From an uncultured Gammaproteobacteria bacterium (GTDB taxonomy: Bacteria > Patescibacteriota > Microgenomatia > UBA10105 > UBA927), in contig CAYGFH010000006.1 in NCBI GenBank assembly GCA_964349125.1, positions 11,121-75,120 on the forward strand: a stretch of DNA of 64,000 nucleotides. The letters are read 5' to 3'. The translations under genes were made by a program, and so were the position numbers. A model generated the notes under the pieces. The model ran no database searches. It had not been told where the DNA came from and saw only the letters and a list, made by a program, of their open reading frames with translations. Shown piece by piece: positions 49,609 to 60,340 of the stretch; position 1 is the stretch's first letter, and each line of letters starts with the position of its first letter.

Positions 49609-50600
49609 GGCGTAAATACGTCGTGTTCCCTACGGAAATCATCACCCATCAGGTACCCGCTCCCACCTACACAGTGGATCGTGTTGCCCATTGCTGTTGC
49701 AGTTAATGCATACCGTGCTACCGGTAAATTTGTACACCGAGTCCACGAGTCGGTTTTTGGATTATACGCGTGTATTTCGCCGGACACCGCCCATCCCTGT
49801 TCTCCGCCTACTATATAAAGGGTATCACCTATAGTCGCTGCGGCCAATCCGCTGACTTCATACGGCAATGGCGCTCTGGATTCCCACGTATCTGTCTCGG
49901 GATCGTACACTTCGTGTGTTGTCAGATTGTCAAACCGTGTCCCGGCGTAACCGCCCACTATATGTATTTTCCCTTGCACTACTGCGCCGGCTATATGCTC
50001 TCTGGCAGTGGGCATTGGCCGTTTCGTCTCCCAGGTATTTGTCTTGGTATCATATACTTCGACGACATTTACCGGCCGTTTATTTACACCACCACCAATT
50101 GCGTAAATTTTTGAGCCAATGGAAACTGCAACATGCGCGCCACGTGCAGTCGGCATGGGCGACAATTCGCTCCACACATTCTGCGCCGGATCATATCTGT
50201 ACATACAGCGCTGTGGAATAATGCGAATCCAATTCCCTCCTACCACATACACTCGACCGTCAACCGTTACAGCTGCAGTATGGTGAATTCCCTTTGGATA
50301 CGGCGCAACTGTCCTCCATGTTTTCGTTTGTGCCGAATATACCTCCACGAGGTTCGTGGGAAACCAAACTGAAGGCAACCATATGCCTCCCACTATATAT
50401 AGATCGCTTCCAGCTGCAGCTGCGGCGAATTCGTATCGGTAAGATGGTAGAGGACTGGCTGGTGATAAACTGCCCGCGAGCTTTGCCAGTTTCAGATTGG
50501 AGCCCTTTAGAATTCGATTGGGTTTGTATTTACGTTCGATGAACGATAGAAGTACTGCAAATGGGAATAGGAGTAATCGATGAAATGGAGACAGACTCAT
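49605..50600 (-). CDS. Kelch-repeat beta-propeller protein with N-terminal signal/anchor
   Basis: 331 aa. It has six repeats of the hydrophobic-GG Kelch pattern (LYIVGG, VYVVGG, IYAIGGG, IHIVGGY, LYIVGG, IHCVGG). Confidence 0.7.
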   Translation of the reverse strand: MSLSPFHRLLLFPFAVLLSFIERKYKPNRILKGSNLKLAKLAGSLSPASPLPSYRYEFAAAAAGSDLYIVGGIWLPSVWFPTNLVEVYSAQTKTWRTVAPYPKGIHHTAAVTVDGRVYVVGGNWIRIIPQRCMYRYDPAQNVWSELSPMPTARGAHVAVSIGSKIYAIGGGVNKRPVNVVEVYDTKTNTWETKRPMPTAREHIAGAVVQGKIHIVGGYAGTRFDNLTTHEVYDPETDTWESRAPLPYEVSGLAAATIGDTLYIVGGEQGWAVSGEIHAYNPKTDSWTRCTNLPVARYALTATAMGNTIHCVGGSGYLMGDDFRREHDVFTP

Positions 50601-51454
50601 ACGGGTAATGATAGCAAATCAAGAACGATGGTATCTTGGGTAAACCGCAGACACTGGCCCGCAAGCGCATTGCCAAACTCAATGGCACGTTTAGGATCAT
50701 GAAATTTCCCATGCGAATAGATGTAACCCGCACTGAAAATATCTCCTGCACCGATACTGCTTACAATGTCGCCAGTCGCAACCGGGTTCGTGGGCACTTC
50801 AGTCACATTTGCTCCCGAAAAGAGGGTAGCCCCGCGTTCTGCCTGGGTCATAACGACATGCACCGCGTTTTGTGATGCCCATGAGGACGCTACTGTACGA
50901 GTGTCGGAGTAATCAGCATCAGATACGATTACCGTGTCTACCAACGGGATGATTTCTGTGTCTTCAACAAATTCCCGAATTTGCACGGTGTTGTCTGCAT
51001 CAAACTGTCTGAAATATCCCTGAGGGAGGAGCGTAATCTCTGTGTTCCACTTTTTCAGTGATGCGATTTGCTTGATATATGACGGCGAGAAATTCGGAGC
51101 AAGCGGTGCAACACATATGGCGTCTGCTGCCCTAATTATTTGAGTGACAGCGTCGTCAATAACGATAGGCTTGGCATCAGTGTGATTCAGACATCGCTGT
51201 GTACGAATTCCCTGCACGATTGTATTTTCATATGTCATGGTTTCGCCCGGAAATGGAGATTCAGGATAAAATCTTGACATGCCCATGTATGGGATAAAGT
51301 CCCTGCCGTATGGGGCGATAATCGTCACATTACAATCAGGTAACTGTGAGAATATCCTGTGCATGAACATTGCGGGTGACCCTGCGCCAACAAATGTGCC
51401 GGACTCAGAGGTGTTGCGGTCGATACATACATGACCAAAGATCGCGATCTTCAT
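50597..51454 (-). CDS. PfkB-family carbohydrate kinase
   Basis: 285 aa. It has the C-terminal signature GAGDIFSAGYIY and an anion hole. Confidence 0.75.
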   Translation of the reverse strand: MKIAIFGHVCIDRNTSESGTFVGAGSPAMFMHRIFSQLPDCNVTIIAPYGRDFIPYMGMSRFYPESPFPGETMTYENTIVQGIRTQRCLNHTDAKPIVIDDAVTQIIRAADAICVAPLAPNFSPSYIKQIASLKKWNTEITLLPQGYFRQFDADNTVQIREFVEDTEIIPLVDTVIVSDADYSDTRTVASSWASQNAVHVVMTQAERGATLFSGANVTEVPTNPVATGDIVSSIGAGDIFSAGYIYSHGKFHDPKRAIEFGNALAGQCLRFTQDTIVLDLLSLPV

Positions 51455-52689
51455 ACCCTAATGGTATCATAAACCGACTCGATTCGTGTGGCCACTGTGC
51501 TCCAGGATAAATCGGAGACACTTTTTTGTAATTTCGCGCCAACCTCAGCTCGAACACTCGGAGACAACAGGAGAAATTCTATCTGTTCGGCCAGTAGTAG
51601 CGGATTATTCACCGATGTTATCAACTTTCCATGTTCATCATCAATAAGTCCCGAAATACCAGCCGCATTGGTTGTTATCACCGGTACTGAGCAGGCCATG
51701 GCCTCAAGCGCTGCCATACCAAAGGATTCGTAATGGGAAGGCATGACGACCATTGTCGCAGCGTTATAGTAATATAATAATTCTTCCTGAGTTTTTTTCC
51801 CGGCAAACGACACGGTGGCCTGCAGATTAAGTACACTGCGAATAGTATTCAGTGACTGTAGTGTTTTTGACCAGCTGGGAAGCGGCTGAGATATATCGCC
51901 TCCCGCTATGCAAAGCGTGACCGGGATGGTCGGGTTTCGTTTTGTCACAATTTTCATAGCATACATGAGCATGTCTATTCCCTTCAGAGGCTCAATGCGA
52001 CCGACAAACAGGATCATTTGCTGATTTGCGGGAACTCCTACGCGCGATTTTGACTCGAGTGGATCCATGGAATGGAATGTCAGCGGATTAACGCCAGGTG
52101 GTATAACCTGAACCTTGGTCACATCAGCATCATACAGATACTGCAGGTAATCCTTATCGCTTTGGCTGGTTGCTAGTATTGCGTGCGCTTCACGGCACAA
52201 CTGTAATTCCGCAGTAATTCGAGATACATCCTCTTTTTCGGATTCATCACGCGCCACCAGATTTTTCATAAGCGCGAGGGTATGGAATGACATGACAGTA
52301 GGAATAGCTTTTCCGAATAGTGTGGTAAGATTTGACGCAATAAGACCGGACAAATAGTAATGCGCATGAATGACATCCGGTAAAGTCTTCTCTGTGTCAT
52401 AGAATTCATGGACCCCACTGGAAAAATCATCAATGTACTGCATCACATCTTTTTTCGAAATATGTGACTGCGGACCTGCGACGACGTGAATCACACGAAA
52501 TCCCGGGACGACGGTTACGACGGGAATGTTATCCGCTTCCTGGCTCCGGGTGAACACATCGACCTGGACACCGTTTGCCGCAAGTGCCTTCCCAATTTCC
52601 AGGACGTACACATTCATACCTCCTGATTCTTTCCCCTCCTGGCTCGCCAGCGGGCATGTGTGGTACGAAATCATGGCAACGCGTTTCAT
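51451..52689 (-). CDS. glycosyltransferase family 4 (MshA / sucrose-phosphate-synthase-like)
   Basis: 412 aa. The N-terminal ISYHTCPLASQEGKESGGMNVYVLEIGKALAANG is typical of MshA-like GT4 enzymes. Confidence 0.75.
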   Translation of the reverse strand: MKRVAMISYHTCPLASQEGKESGGMNVYVLEIGKALAANGVQVDVFTRSQEADNIPVVTVVPGFRVIHVVAGPQSHISKKDVMQYIDDFSSGVHEFYDTEKTLPDVIHAHYYLSGLIASNLTTLFGKAIPTVMSFHTLALMKNLVARDESEKEDVSRITAELQLCREAHAILATSQSDKDYLQYLYDADVTKVQVIPPGVNPLTFHSMDPLESKSRVGVPANQQMILFVGRIEPLKGIDMLMYAMKIVTKRNPTIPVTLCIAGGDISQPLPSWSKTLQSLNTIRSVLNLQATVSFAGKKTQEELLYYYNAATMVVMPSHYESFGMAALEAMACSVPVITTNAAGISGLIDDEHGKLITSVNNPLLLAEQIEFLLLSPSVRAEVGAKLQKSVSDLSWSTVATRIESVYDTIRV

Positions 52690-52694
52690 AGGTA

Positions 52695-53084
52695 TTAGGA
52701 GGATATGGCGCCCGAGCGAGCGGAAATGAGCGATTGAACCTGTTTGACCAGCTCGGAATTTTCAACGGTACATTTTGTGATAAACCGGGTGGCGCCCCTC
52801 CTGTATGCATCTTTTTCCCGGGTTGAATCAGAAATATTGGTAAGCATTATGACAGGAATATCTTTTGTATCTGCGTGGAAATGCAGTGTATCCAACGCCT
52901 CGAGACCATTCACCTTTGGCATAAACAAATCCATCAAAATAATATCCGGGCGAAAGTACACTGCTGCTTCATGGCAATTTTCGCCGCTTTTTAGCTTAAA
53001 TACTTCAAATCCTTCCTGGATAAACAACCGTTCATACATGCGGGATTCTTCTTCGTCATCTTCCACTAAGAGTAATTTAGACAT
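52695..53084 (-). CDS. orphan response-regulator receiver domain protein (CheY-like)
   Basis: Start set to MSKLLLVEDDE. It has the acidic pocket EDD, the phospho-acceptor in ILMDLFMPK and the conserved K in TKC. Confidence 0.8.
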   Translation of the reverse strand: MSKLLLVEDDEEESRMYERLFIQEGFEVFKLKSGENCHEAAVYFRPDIILMDLFMPKVNGLEALDTLHFHADTKDIPVIMLTNISDSTREKDAYRRGATRFITKCTVENSELVKQVQSLISARSGAISS

Positions 53085-53100
53085 AGTGTGATTGTAAGCT

Positions 53101-53487
53101 TTAGGCTTTTGGCACAGAATATGCAGCAATTATATCAGTAATCTGTTGCATAAGATGCGCATTCTCCACATTGCTTTTGGTTAGAAATGCTGCGGCGCCA
53201 CGCTTACGTGCTTCGTTTGCGTAGTGATCATCTGAGAGGTTCGTTAATACAAGTACGGGTATCTGCCGTGTAGTAGGATCAAAACGCAATACGTCAAGCG
53301 TATCAAATCCGTTCATCTTGGGCATCATGATATCCAATACTATTATCTGCGGTTTATATTCCAACGCTTTCGCATGGCATTCAAGCCCATTGGGTAGTGC
53401 AAGTACGTCAAATCCGTGTTTGGTGAATAGGCTTACGTAGAGGCGTGATTCCAATTCATCATCTTCGACCAGCAGGATTTTATTCAT
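53101..53487 (-). CDS. orphan response-regulator receiver domain protein (paralog of the adjacent gene)
   Basis: Start set to MNKILLVEDDE. It is about 45% identical to its neighbour across the receiver fold. Confidence 0.8.
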   Translation of the reverse strand: MNKILLVEDDELESRLYVSLFTKHGFDVLALPNGLECHAKALEYKPQIIVLDIMMPKMNGFDTLDVLRFDPTTRQIPVLVLTNLSDDHYANEARKRGAAAFLTKSNVENAHLMQQITDIIAAYSVPKA

Positions 53488-53640
53488 ACCACATAACATA
53501 ATAGCACTTGTTGCAACTGAGTTGAAAGCGCTCACGCAACCTCACGAACCACACGTATTTTGTGTATCGCCACCACATGCGGCGTACTGTTGGAACAAAG
53601 ATCTTGATTTATTTGGTGTTTCACTTTACAGTAGTACTCT

Positions 53641-54114
53641 ATGGACAATACAACAGATCAAACTCAAACAGCGAATGATGCAGAAATAGTAATTGACGTA
53701 CCGGGGACAGATCCGGGAGCCGCACAGGTCATGCTTGACCTTGAGCAGCTTATAAAAACCAATGTAGCAAACATTGACCGGGGTAAGGCGGAACTCAAAA
53801 AACTTCGCGAAATGGAAAATAGTGCGCTTGAAAATGACGAAACGTACAGGCTCCACAATGAGGAAGCAAAAAAAGCCGCCAAGCAAAAAAGTGCAACAAA
53901 AGCACAGATTATGCAGCTTCCTGCTAACAAGCAACTTGCCGACAAGATAAGGGGCATTGCAGAAGATATTAAAGAAGCTGACGGCGCGCTGTCTGATTAT
54001 CTCAGGGAATACGGCAGGATGAGTGGAACCAATGAGATTGAGACTGAAGACGGCCAGATTCGGGAAATTGTGTACCTTGCAAAATTGATCAAGAAATCCA
54101 ACCGGCAAGGGTAA
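53641..54114 (+). CDS. hypothetical acidic coiled-coil protein
   Basis: 157 aa, Lys/Glu-rich and predicted helical. It lies directly upstream of truB. Confidence 0.4.
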   Translation: MDNTTDQTQTANDAEIVIDVPGTDPGAAQVMLDLEQLIKTNVANIDRGKAELKKLREMENSALENDETYRLHNEEAKKAAKQKSATKAQIMQLPANKQLADKIRGIAEDIKEADGALSDYLREYGRMSGTNEIETEDGQIREIVYLAKLIKKSNRQG

Positions 54115-54882
54115 ATGAAACCGTTTATTCTCCTAAATAAACCACAGGGCATGACGCCACTGGCAGCTATTGAACTGTATAGGCAGCGCAATCCGGAGTA
54201 TGCGTCCGTGTCGTTGGGTGTCGCAGGGCGGCTTGACCCAATGGCAGATGGTCTCCTGTTGGTCCTCATCGGTGATGAAAATAAAAAGAGACACGCCTAC
54301 GAGGTTTTTCCAAAAACATATACTATGGATATCCTGTTTGGCTATTCCAGTGATTCACACGACTTACTTGGCCTGGTAAACGAGATGAAAGACACGTCAG
54401 CTCTTACTCGTCAGGCGGTAGAATCCGCTGTGACAGAACTGCCCGATTCATTTGAACAGGAATACCCTATATATAGCTCAAAACCCGTACAGGGAAAGCC
54501 ACTCTATTGGTGGGCAAGAAATGGAAAAATTCACGAAATAACTTTGCCAAAAAAACGTGTACACATCCAGCAAAAAATAGTTACATCGTGGAAAATAATA
54601 GATTCTGCAGAACTACTGGCGGTACTGACTCAAAAAATACAACAAGTCACCGGAGATTTCAGACAAAAGGAAATTATAACCAAATGGGAAGAGGTGCTAA
54701 GCACTCGCACAGGACAGGTATGGCCTATTGCAACCGTATCAGTCACCTGCTCATCCGGCACTTATATGAGAGGATTAGCTCATATGATCGGCCGGACTGT
54801 GCTGACCGGAGCACTGGCATTTTCCATCACACGGACGCACATCGGACCACACAAGCTTGATGAAGCAACACAATGTATATGA
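54115..54882 (+). CDS. truB: tRNA pseudouridine(55) synthase TruB
   Basis: 255 aa. It has the catalytic motif GVAGRLDPMADGLL. Confidence 0.9.
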   Translation: MKPFILLNKPQGMTPLAAIELYRQRNPEYASVSLGVAGRLDPMADGLLLVLIGDENKKRHAYEVFPKTYTMDILFGYSSDSHDLLGLVNEMKDTSALTRQAVESAVTELPDSFEQEYPIYSSKPVQGKPLYWWARNGKIHEITLPKKRVHIQQKIVTSWKIIDSAELLAVLTQKIQQVTGDFRQKEIITKWEEVLSTRTGQVWPIATVSVTCSSGTYMRGLAHMIGRTVLTGALAFSITRTHIGPHKLDEATQCI

Positions 54883-55661
54883 AACGTGTCTTTTATATCA
54901 TATTTGGAGTCACGGCAATCACCGGCATATTATCGCTTATTGGTCTGCGAGCCGTTCAAAAAGAGATAGTGACACCGGTAAATTCCCCGTCACCAACGAG
55001 TATCGAGCAGCCTCAATCACCTATGTTGACGGTGGATGACAATGGACACACGATCGCGTATGTGATTCAACTGTCGCCACCCAAAAATGTATCGCTCTAC
55101 TCTAACCTCGATACGGCTACGGCATCATCACTCGCAAGGGAAAAGCATTCATGCAGATCATTGGTAAACGCCGGATTTTATACGAAAGAAATGACACATC
55201 TTGGGAGGTTTAGTGGCACAGATGGCGAGTATAGTGGAGCCATAGAAAGTACTCTTTTGGACGGATTCCTATCGATAGATAGCACATACCGCGCAAGAAT
55301 TGGTTTTGATGAACCGAATGCCGGGAATCAGATTGTACTGCAAAGCGGGCCGATAATCAGACAAAACGGGTCCATACGACCGCTTAGACTTATCGAAGAT
55401 AAGTTCGCAAGAAGAATCATAGCCGGTGTGACAAATTCGGGAGAACTACTATTTATGGCTCTCTATTTCCCTGACCAGGAATACTCAGGACCACTATTGG
55501 CTCGTGTGCCCTCAATTTTAGAAAAAATTGCTCAAAAGGAGCGTTTAGAGATTATTGATGCAATCAATCTTGACGGCGGCAGCGCATCGGCCTTTATACA
55601 GGATACTGTCGCTCTCACAGAGCTTAATCCTGTCGGTGGATTTTTTTGTATACGGCAATAA
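54873..55661 (+). CDS. phosphodiester glycosidase family protein (DUF2233)
   Basis: 262 aa. It has an N-terminal TM/signal and a C-terminal INLDGGSASAF motif typical of the family. Confidence 0.55.
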   Translation: MYMKRVFYIIFGVTAITGILSLIGLRAVQKEIVTPVNSPSPTSIEQPQSPMLTVDDNGHTIAYVIQLSPPKNVSLYSNLDTATASSLAREKHSCRSLVNAGFYTKEMTHLGRFSGTDGEYSGAIESTLLDGFLSIDSTYRARIGFDEPNAGNQIVLQSGPIIRQNGSIRPLRLIEDKFARRIIAGVTNSGELLFMALYFPDQEYSGPLLARVPSILEKIAQKERLEIIDAINLDGGSASAFIQDTVALTELNPVGGFFCIRQ

Positions 55662-55750
55662 GAAAACGATAACTTCAGAAACCGAGTGAGTTGCATTTTT
55701 GTCTGATATCTATACAATGGATTAATACTGTTTGTGTGTAGCCTGCAATC

Positions 55751-58285
55751 ATGGATCCATCACTTATTTTCTCAAAAGGTCTCACCAGTGTAAAAGCGCA
55801 GGAGCTTTTACACAAATATGGACCCAATGAGATAGCGGAAGTCCGAAAATTCACACTGTTAAAATCCTTCATCAGCCAGTTTGATAATGTCTTAACGTAT
55901 TTGCTTATGGCGGCAGGATTGGTTGCACTGTTGATGGGCGAATCTGTGGACAGTTTTTTTATTTTCCTCATTGTCACACTGAACGCTTTTTTTGGACTCT
56001 ATCAGGAATTCAAGGCGGAAAAAGCATTGTCACAGCTTAAGAAACTCACAAGCACAGTGGTGCGTGTTATTCGAGATAACAAAGAAGTACAGTTGGATAG
56101 CCGTATGCTGGTTCCAGGCGATATAATCTACCTGGACGAGGGAACAAAAGTACCGGCCGACTGTGTGATACTGGACTCTAAGCACTTGGAGGTAAATGAA
56201 GCATCACTCACCGGTGAATCACTCCCGGTCGTGAAGCAACGTTCAGATGAACTGTTTGCCGGAACAGTCATTGCCAGAGGCCGCGCGCATGCACAGGCAG
56301 TGAAAACGGGAGAATCCACTAAATTCGGCCTCATCGCAAAAACACTCTCTACCATAAAAGAGGGTAAAACACCACTCCAGAAAAAATTGGAGATATTTAC
56401 TAAGCAGGTTGGGTTCATCGGCATATTGGCATCTGTTACTGTGTTCGTTTTGTCATTCATCCAGGAAAAAACGCTGCTTGAGAGCTTTTTGTTCGCCATA
56501 AGCCTTGCGGTTGCAGCTGTACCTGAAGGGCTCCCGGCTGTTATGACCATAACCCTGGCAATTGGCGTTGAGCGGATGGCAAAGAAGGGTGCAATTGTAC
56601 GTAAGCTTAATTCTATAGAAGCGCTTGGTTCTGTCACCTTGGTGGCTACAGATAAAACGGGAACACTCACCACCAATCAGATGCGTGTGAAAAAGATTTA
56701 TGTTGATAATGCTGTATATGATATTGATTCTCCGCCAAAACTCACGAATAGTGCGTTTGAACAACTTTCCAGAAACGGTATCCTCTGTTCAACCGCCTCA
56801 CTCGTGGAAAAGACAGATAGTGACGGCTTCGATGTTATTGGCGATGCCACAGAAGGGGCGCTGCTTATCATGGCGCATGATGTTGGGATGATGCCTGTTG
56901 ATACAAAAAGAGCGTGGCAAATACTGGATGAAAAATCATTTGATGCCGTAACAAAGCGGATGTCAGTCGTAGTCTCGCAGGATAAAAAAAAGTTGGTTTA
57001 CACAAAGGGCGCACCTGAATCGATCCTGTCTATTTGTTCTCATGTGATGACCCGAGGGAAAAACATTGTATTGGATACAAAGAGAAAACAGGCAATTGAG
57101 AAAGAATTTGAACGATTTGCCAGACAGGGACTTCGCATGATTGCACTTTCGTACAAGGAACATCACGGAAAATCCATAGAATCTGATCAGATTTTCATAG
57201 GGTTCGTTGGTATCGCGGATCCGATTCGAAGTGGTGTCCGTGAAGCTGTTCTTAAGGCGCATGCTGCCGGAATTAACGTTGTCATGATAACCGGTGATAG
57301 CCCACTGACAGCGAAAGTAATTGCATCTGAGGCTGGCATTGCTGTAAAAGATGACGATATACTGACAGGACAACAGCTGGATGACTATTCTAACAATGAA
57401 CTAATCCCATTACTGAAGAAAACAACTGTATTTGCCCGCACCTCCCCGCAGCATAAATACAGACTGGTACAGCTGTTCCAATCTCTTGGAAATGTTGTGG
57501 CAGTCACTGGCGACGGTGTGAACGATGCATTGGCACTTAAACAGGCGGATGTTGGTGTTGCCATGGGGATCACTGGCACTGATGTTGCCAAAGAAACGGC
57601 GCACATCATATTAACGGATGATAATTTCGCCACCCTCATCGGAGCTATCGAACAGGGCAGAAATATATTCAAACATATAAAGAATGCTATCAAGTACCTC
57701 CTTGCATGCAACATGGGAGAAGTCATCTACATCGTGACTGCCGTCATTTTTCATTTGCCTGTGCTTACCCCGCTGCAACTTCTGTATATAAACCTTGTCA
57801 CAGACGGGCTACCCGCCATCTCACTCGCCTTCTCACCAAATGATGGGAATGTCATGAAAGAATTACCCCGCCGTGTTATGACTATTCTGGATCATCTGGA
57901 TTATCGCTATATAATCATGGTTGGTATCGCAACTGCAGTGTTGTCATACGTATCTATTTTTTCATTCGATGCGATCGCAGAGCCACTGTTGGTCTCTACT
58001 ATATTGTTTACAACCATAATCGTGATCCAGCAATTCATTCTTGCAGATCTATGGCTATCACATAAACCGATTTTTGGGTCGCTTCGTTATTTTGCCAGGC
58101 CAATTTTTATCATCGGATTTTTATTTCCTTTCGTGCTGCATCCATTTGTTATCTATACCCCATTTTTCCAGCACGTGTTTAATCTGACTGCGCTTAATTT
58201 TTCCCACATTGTCGTAACGATCTTTTCATCTCTGATGATCTTTGTGCCTATCGTATTGTTTCGAAAACACTACCTCCCAAGATAA
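55751..58285 (+). CDS. cation-transporting P-type ATPase (P2-type, Ca2+-ATPase-like)
   Basis: 844 aa. It has the phosphorylation motif DKTGTLT and the hinge TGDGVNDALALKQADVGVAMG, plus about 10 TM helices. Confidence 0.9.
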   Translation: MDPSLIFSKGLTSVKAQELLHKYGPNEIAEVRKFTLLKSFISQFDNVLTYLLMAAGLVALLMGESVDSFFIFLIVTLNAFFGLYQEFKAEKALSQLKKLTSTVVRVIRDNKEVQLDSRMLVPGDIIYLDEGTKVPADCVILDSKHLEVNEASLTGESLPVVKQRSDELFAGTVIARGRAHAQAVKTGESTKFGLIAKTLSTIKEGKTPLQKKLEIFTKQVGFIGILASVTVFVLSFIQEKTLLESFLFAISLAVAAVPEGLPAVMTITLAIGVERMAKKGAIVRKLNSIEALGSVTLVATDKTGTLTTNQMRVKKIYVDNAVYDIDSPPKLTNSAFEQLSRNGILCSTASLVEKTDSDGFDVIGDATEGALLIMAHDVGMMPVDTKRAWQILDEKSFDAVTKRMSVVVSQDKKKLVYTKGAPESILSICSHVMTRGKNIVLDTKRKQAIEKEFERFARQGLRMIALSYKEHHGKSIESDQIFIGFVGIADPIRSGVREAVLKAHAAGINVVMITGDSPLTAKVIASEAGIAVKDDDILTGQQLDDYSNNELIPLLKKTTVFARTSPQHKYRLVQLFQSLGNVVAVTGDGVNDALALKQADVGVAMGITGTDVAKETAHIILTDDNFATLIGAIEQGRNIFKHIKNAIKYLLACNMGEVIYIVTAVIFHLPVLTPLQLLYINLVTDGLPAISLAFSPNDGNVMKELPRRVMTILDHLDYRYIIMVGIATAVLSYVSIFSFDAIAEPLLVSTILFTTIIVIQQFILADLWLSHKPIFGSLRYFARPIFIIGFLFPFVLHPFVIYTPFFQHVFNLTALNFSHIVVTIFSSLMIFVPIVLFRKHYLPR

Positions 58286-58396
58286 GTTGCCTGTAATAGT
58301 AAACAGCCCCTTGAGATTTCCTGCATACGCGTGATACGCTAGTTGCAGTCTCAGAAAATTTGAGAAAAATACTATACCACAGTTTACTGTCCAAAC

Positions 58397-60331
58397 ATGG
58401 TAACTACAAAACGATCAAAAGAAAATCCGCTATTTTACCCAACCAAAGACAACGCATGGGAAGCCGAAGCTGCATTTAACGGCTCTGTTATCAAAGAGGG
58501 GTCCACCTACTACATGTCGTACCGCGCACTCTCGGTAGAACACCTCTACGAAGATAAACGGCTCAAGCTCTCAACAATAGGAATAGCTGAAAGCGGCGAT
58601 GGCATACACTTTAAACGCAGAAGACAACTGTTGGGACCCCGTGAATCCTGGGAAAAATACGGTTGCGAAGATCCCCGCGTCACTAAGTTCGAGGGTAAAT
58701 ACTATATTTTCTATACAGCCCTGTCTGCCTGGCCGCCAAATAAAGACAGTATAAAAGTCGGCGTCGCCGTCACCAGTTCGCTGGATCATATTGATGAGAG
58801 ACATTTGGTCACACCGTTTAACGCAAAGGCCATGTGCTTGTTCCCTGAGCGGATTAACGGAAAGATAGTGGTAGTGTTTACCGCACATACGGACAGTCCT
58901 CCAGCAAAAATTTGCATCGCATACCTCGACACTATTGAACAACTGTGGGACGACACGTATTGGCATGCATGGCACAAGGATATAGACAGTCACACTATAT
59001 CGATATACCACACCAAAGATGATCATCTTGAAGTCGGAGCAGTACCTGTAAAAACTGACGCGGGATGGATATTGGTATTTAGTTATATCGAAAAATATTT
59101 TCATGGCAACGAGCGAATCTTCCGAATCGATGCAGCGCTGCTGGACAGTACAAACCCACAGAAACTGATTGGCCAGACGTTGGATCCTCTCCTGGTACCC
59201 GAAGAACAGTACGAACTGTACGGTATCGTGCCCAATGTGATTTTTCCATCAGGTGCAATCATTGAAGAGGGACAATTCCACATCTACTACAGTTCATGCG
59301 ATGCAACGATTTGCCGGGCAAGCATCACGCTTAATGATTTGCTCGATGAGCTCAAACATAATCCGATCGTAAATCCGCACCATAAAAAACCGGAGATGAT
59401 GGCCAGGTTTGAAGGCAACCCGATCATATCCCCCATACCGGAACATTCATGGGAATCCAAATATACGTTTAACGCCGGAGCAATTTATGTGGGTGACAAG
59501 ATACATATCCTCTACCGCGCAATGGGAGATGATGATACATCCGTATTGGGGTACGCAAGTTCCACGGATGGACTGCATATAGATGAACGGCTTCTGGAAC
59601 CGGTATATACACCTCGTGAAGGATTTGAAATCAAACATAATCCCGGATTTTCCGGGTGTGAAGATCCGCGTATAACCCGGATAGATGACACCATTTATAT
59701 GTGCTATACAGCATATGATGGTATCAATAATCCGCGTATCGGTTTATCGTCCATTAGTGTACCCGATTTTGTAGAACGCAAGTGGAATTGGACACGACCA
59801 AAACTTATCAGTGCCCCTGGCATGGATAATAAAGACAGCTGTATCATGCCGCAAAAAATAAACGGTAATTATGTGGTACTGCACCGACTACCACCCTGTA
59901 TTTGGATTGATTTTGTCACGGACCTCGAATTCGATGATAACCATTGGCTGGGTGGACATCCCCTCCTCACACCGCGCGTAAATTCCTGGGATAATCTGAA
60001 GATCGGATTAAACGGCCCGCCGGAAAAGACCGAGGACGGATGGCTGCTTCTCTACCACGGTGTTTCAAAGGAAGATGTAAAATATCGAATGGGAGCCGCG
60101 TTACTCGATTTGGATAACCCATCGAAAGTTATCGCGAGACTCCATAACCCGATTTTGGAGCCGCTTACCTGGTATGAAAATGAAGGGTATCGGGCGGGCA
60201 CCGTATTTTCCAATGGACAGGTCATAAAAGATGGCATACTGTACATTTATTACGGAGGCGCCGATAAATATACCGCAGTCGCGACAACTCCTGTGGACAC
60301 CATCCTCACTGCGCTCAAAAAAGGAAAGTAA
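58397..60331 (+). CDS. tandem two-domain GH130-family glycoside phosphorylase/hydrolase
   Basis: 644 aa. It consists of two homologous ~320-aa halves, each with a G-C-E-D-P-R motif (GCEDPRVTKF at ~aa 90, GCEDPRITRI at ~aa 415) and YTA(L/Y) blocks typical of the GH130 beta-propeller. Confidence 0.65.
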   Translation: MVTTKRSKENPLFYPTKDNAWEAEAAFNGSVIKEGSTYYMSYRALSVEHLYEDKRLKLSTIGIAESGDGIHFKRRRQLLGPRESWEKYGCEDPRVTKFEGKYYIFYTALSAWPPNKDSIKVGVAVTSSLDHIDERHLVTPFNAKAMCLFPERINGKIVVVFTAHTDSPPAKICIAYLDTIEQLWDDTYWHAWHKDIDSHTISIYHTKDDHLEVGAVPVKTDAGWILVFSYIEKYFHGNERIFRIDAALLDSTNPQKLIGQTLDPLLVPEEQYELYGIVPNVIFPSGAIIEEGQFHIYYSSCDATICRASITLNDLLDELKHNPIVNPHHKKPEMMARFEGNPIISPIPEHSWESKYTFNAGAIYVGDKIHILYRAMGDDDTSVLGYASSTDGLHIDERLLEPVYTPREGFEIKHNPGFSGCEDPRITRIDDTIYMCYTAYDGINNPRIGLSSISVPDFVERKWNWTRPKLISAPGMDNKDSCIMPQKINGNYVVLHRLPPCIWIDFVTDLEFDDNHWLGGHPLLTPRVNSWDNLKIGLNGPPEKTEDGWLLLYHGVSKEDVKYRMGAALLDLDNPSKVIARLHNPILEPLTWYENEGYRAGTVFSNGQVIKDGILYIYYGGADKYTAVATTPVDTILTALKKGK

Positions 60332-60340
60332 TAGAAATCG

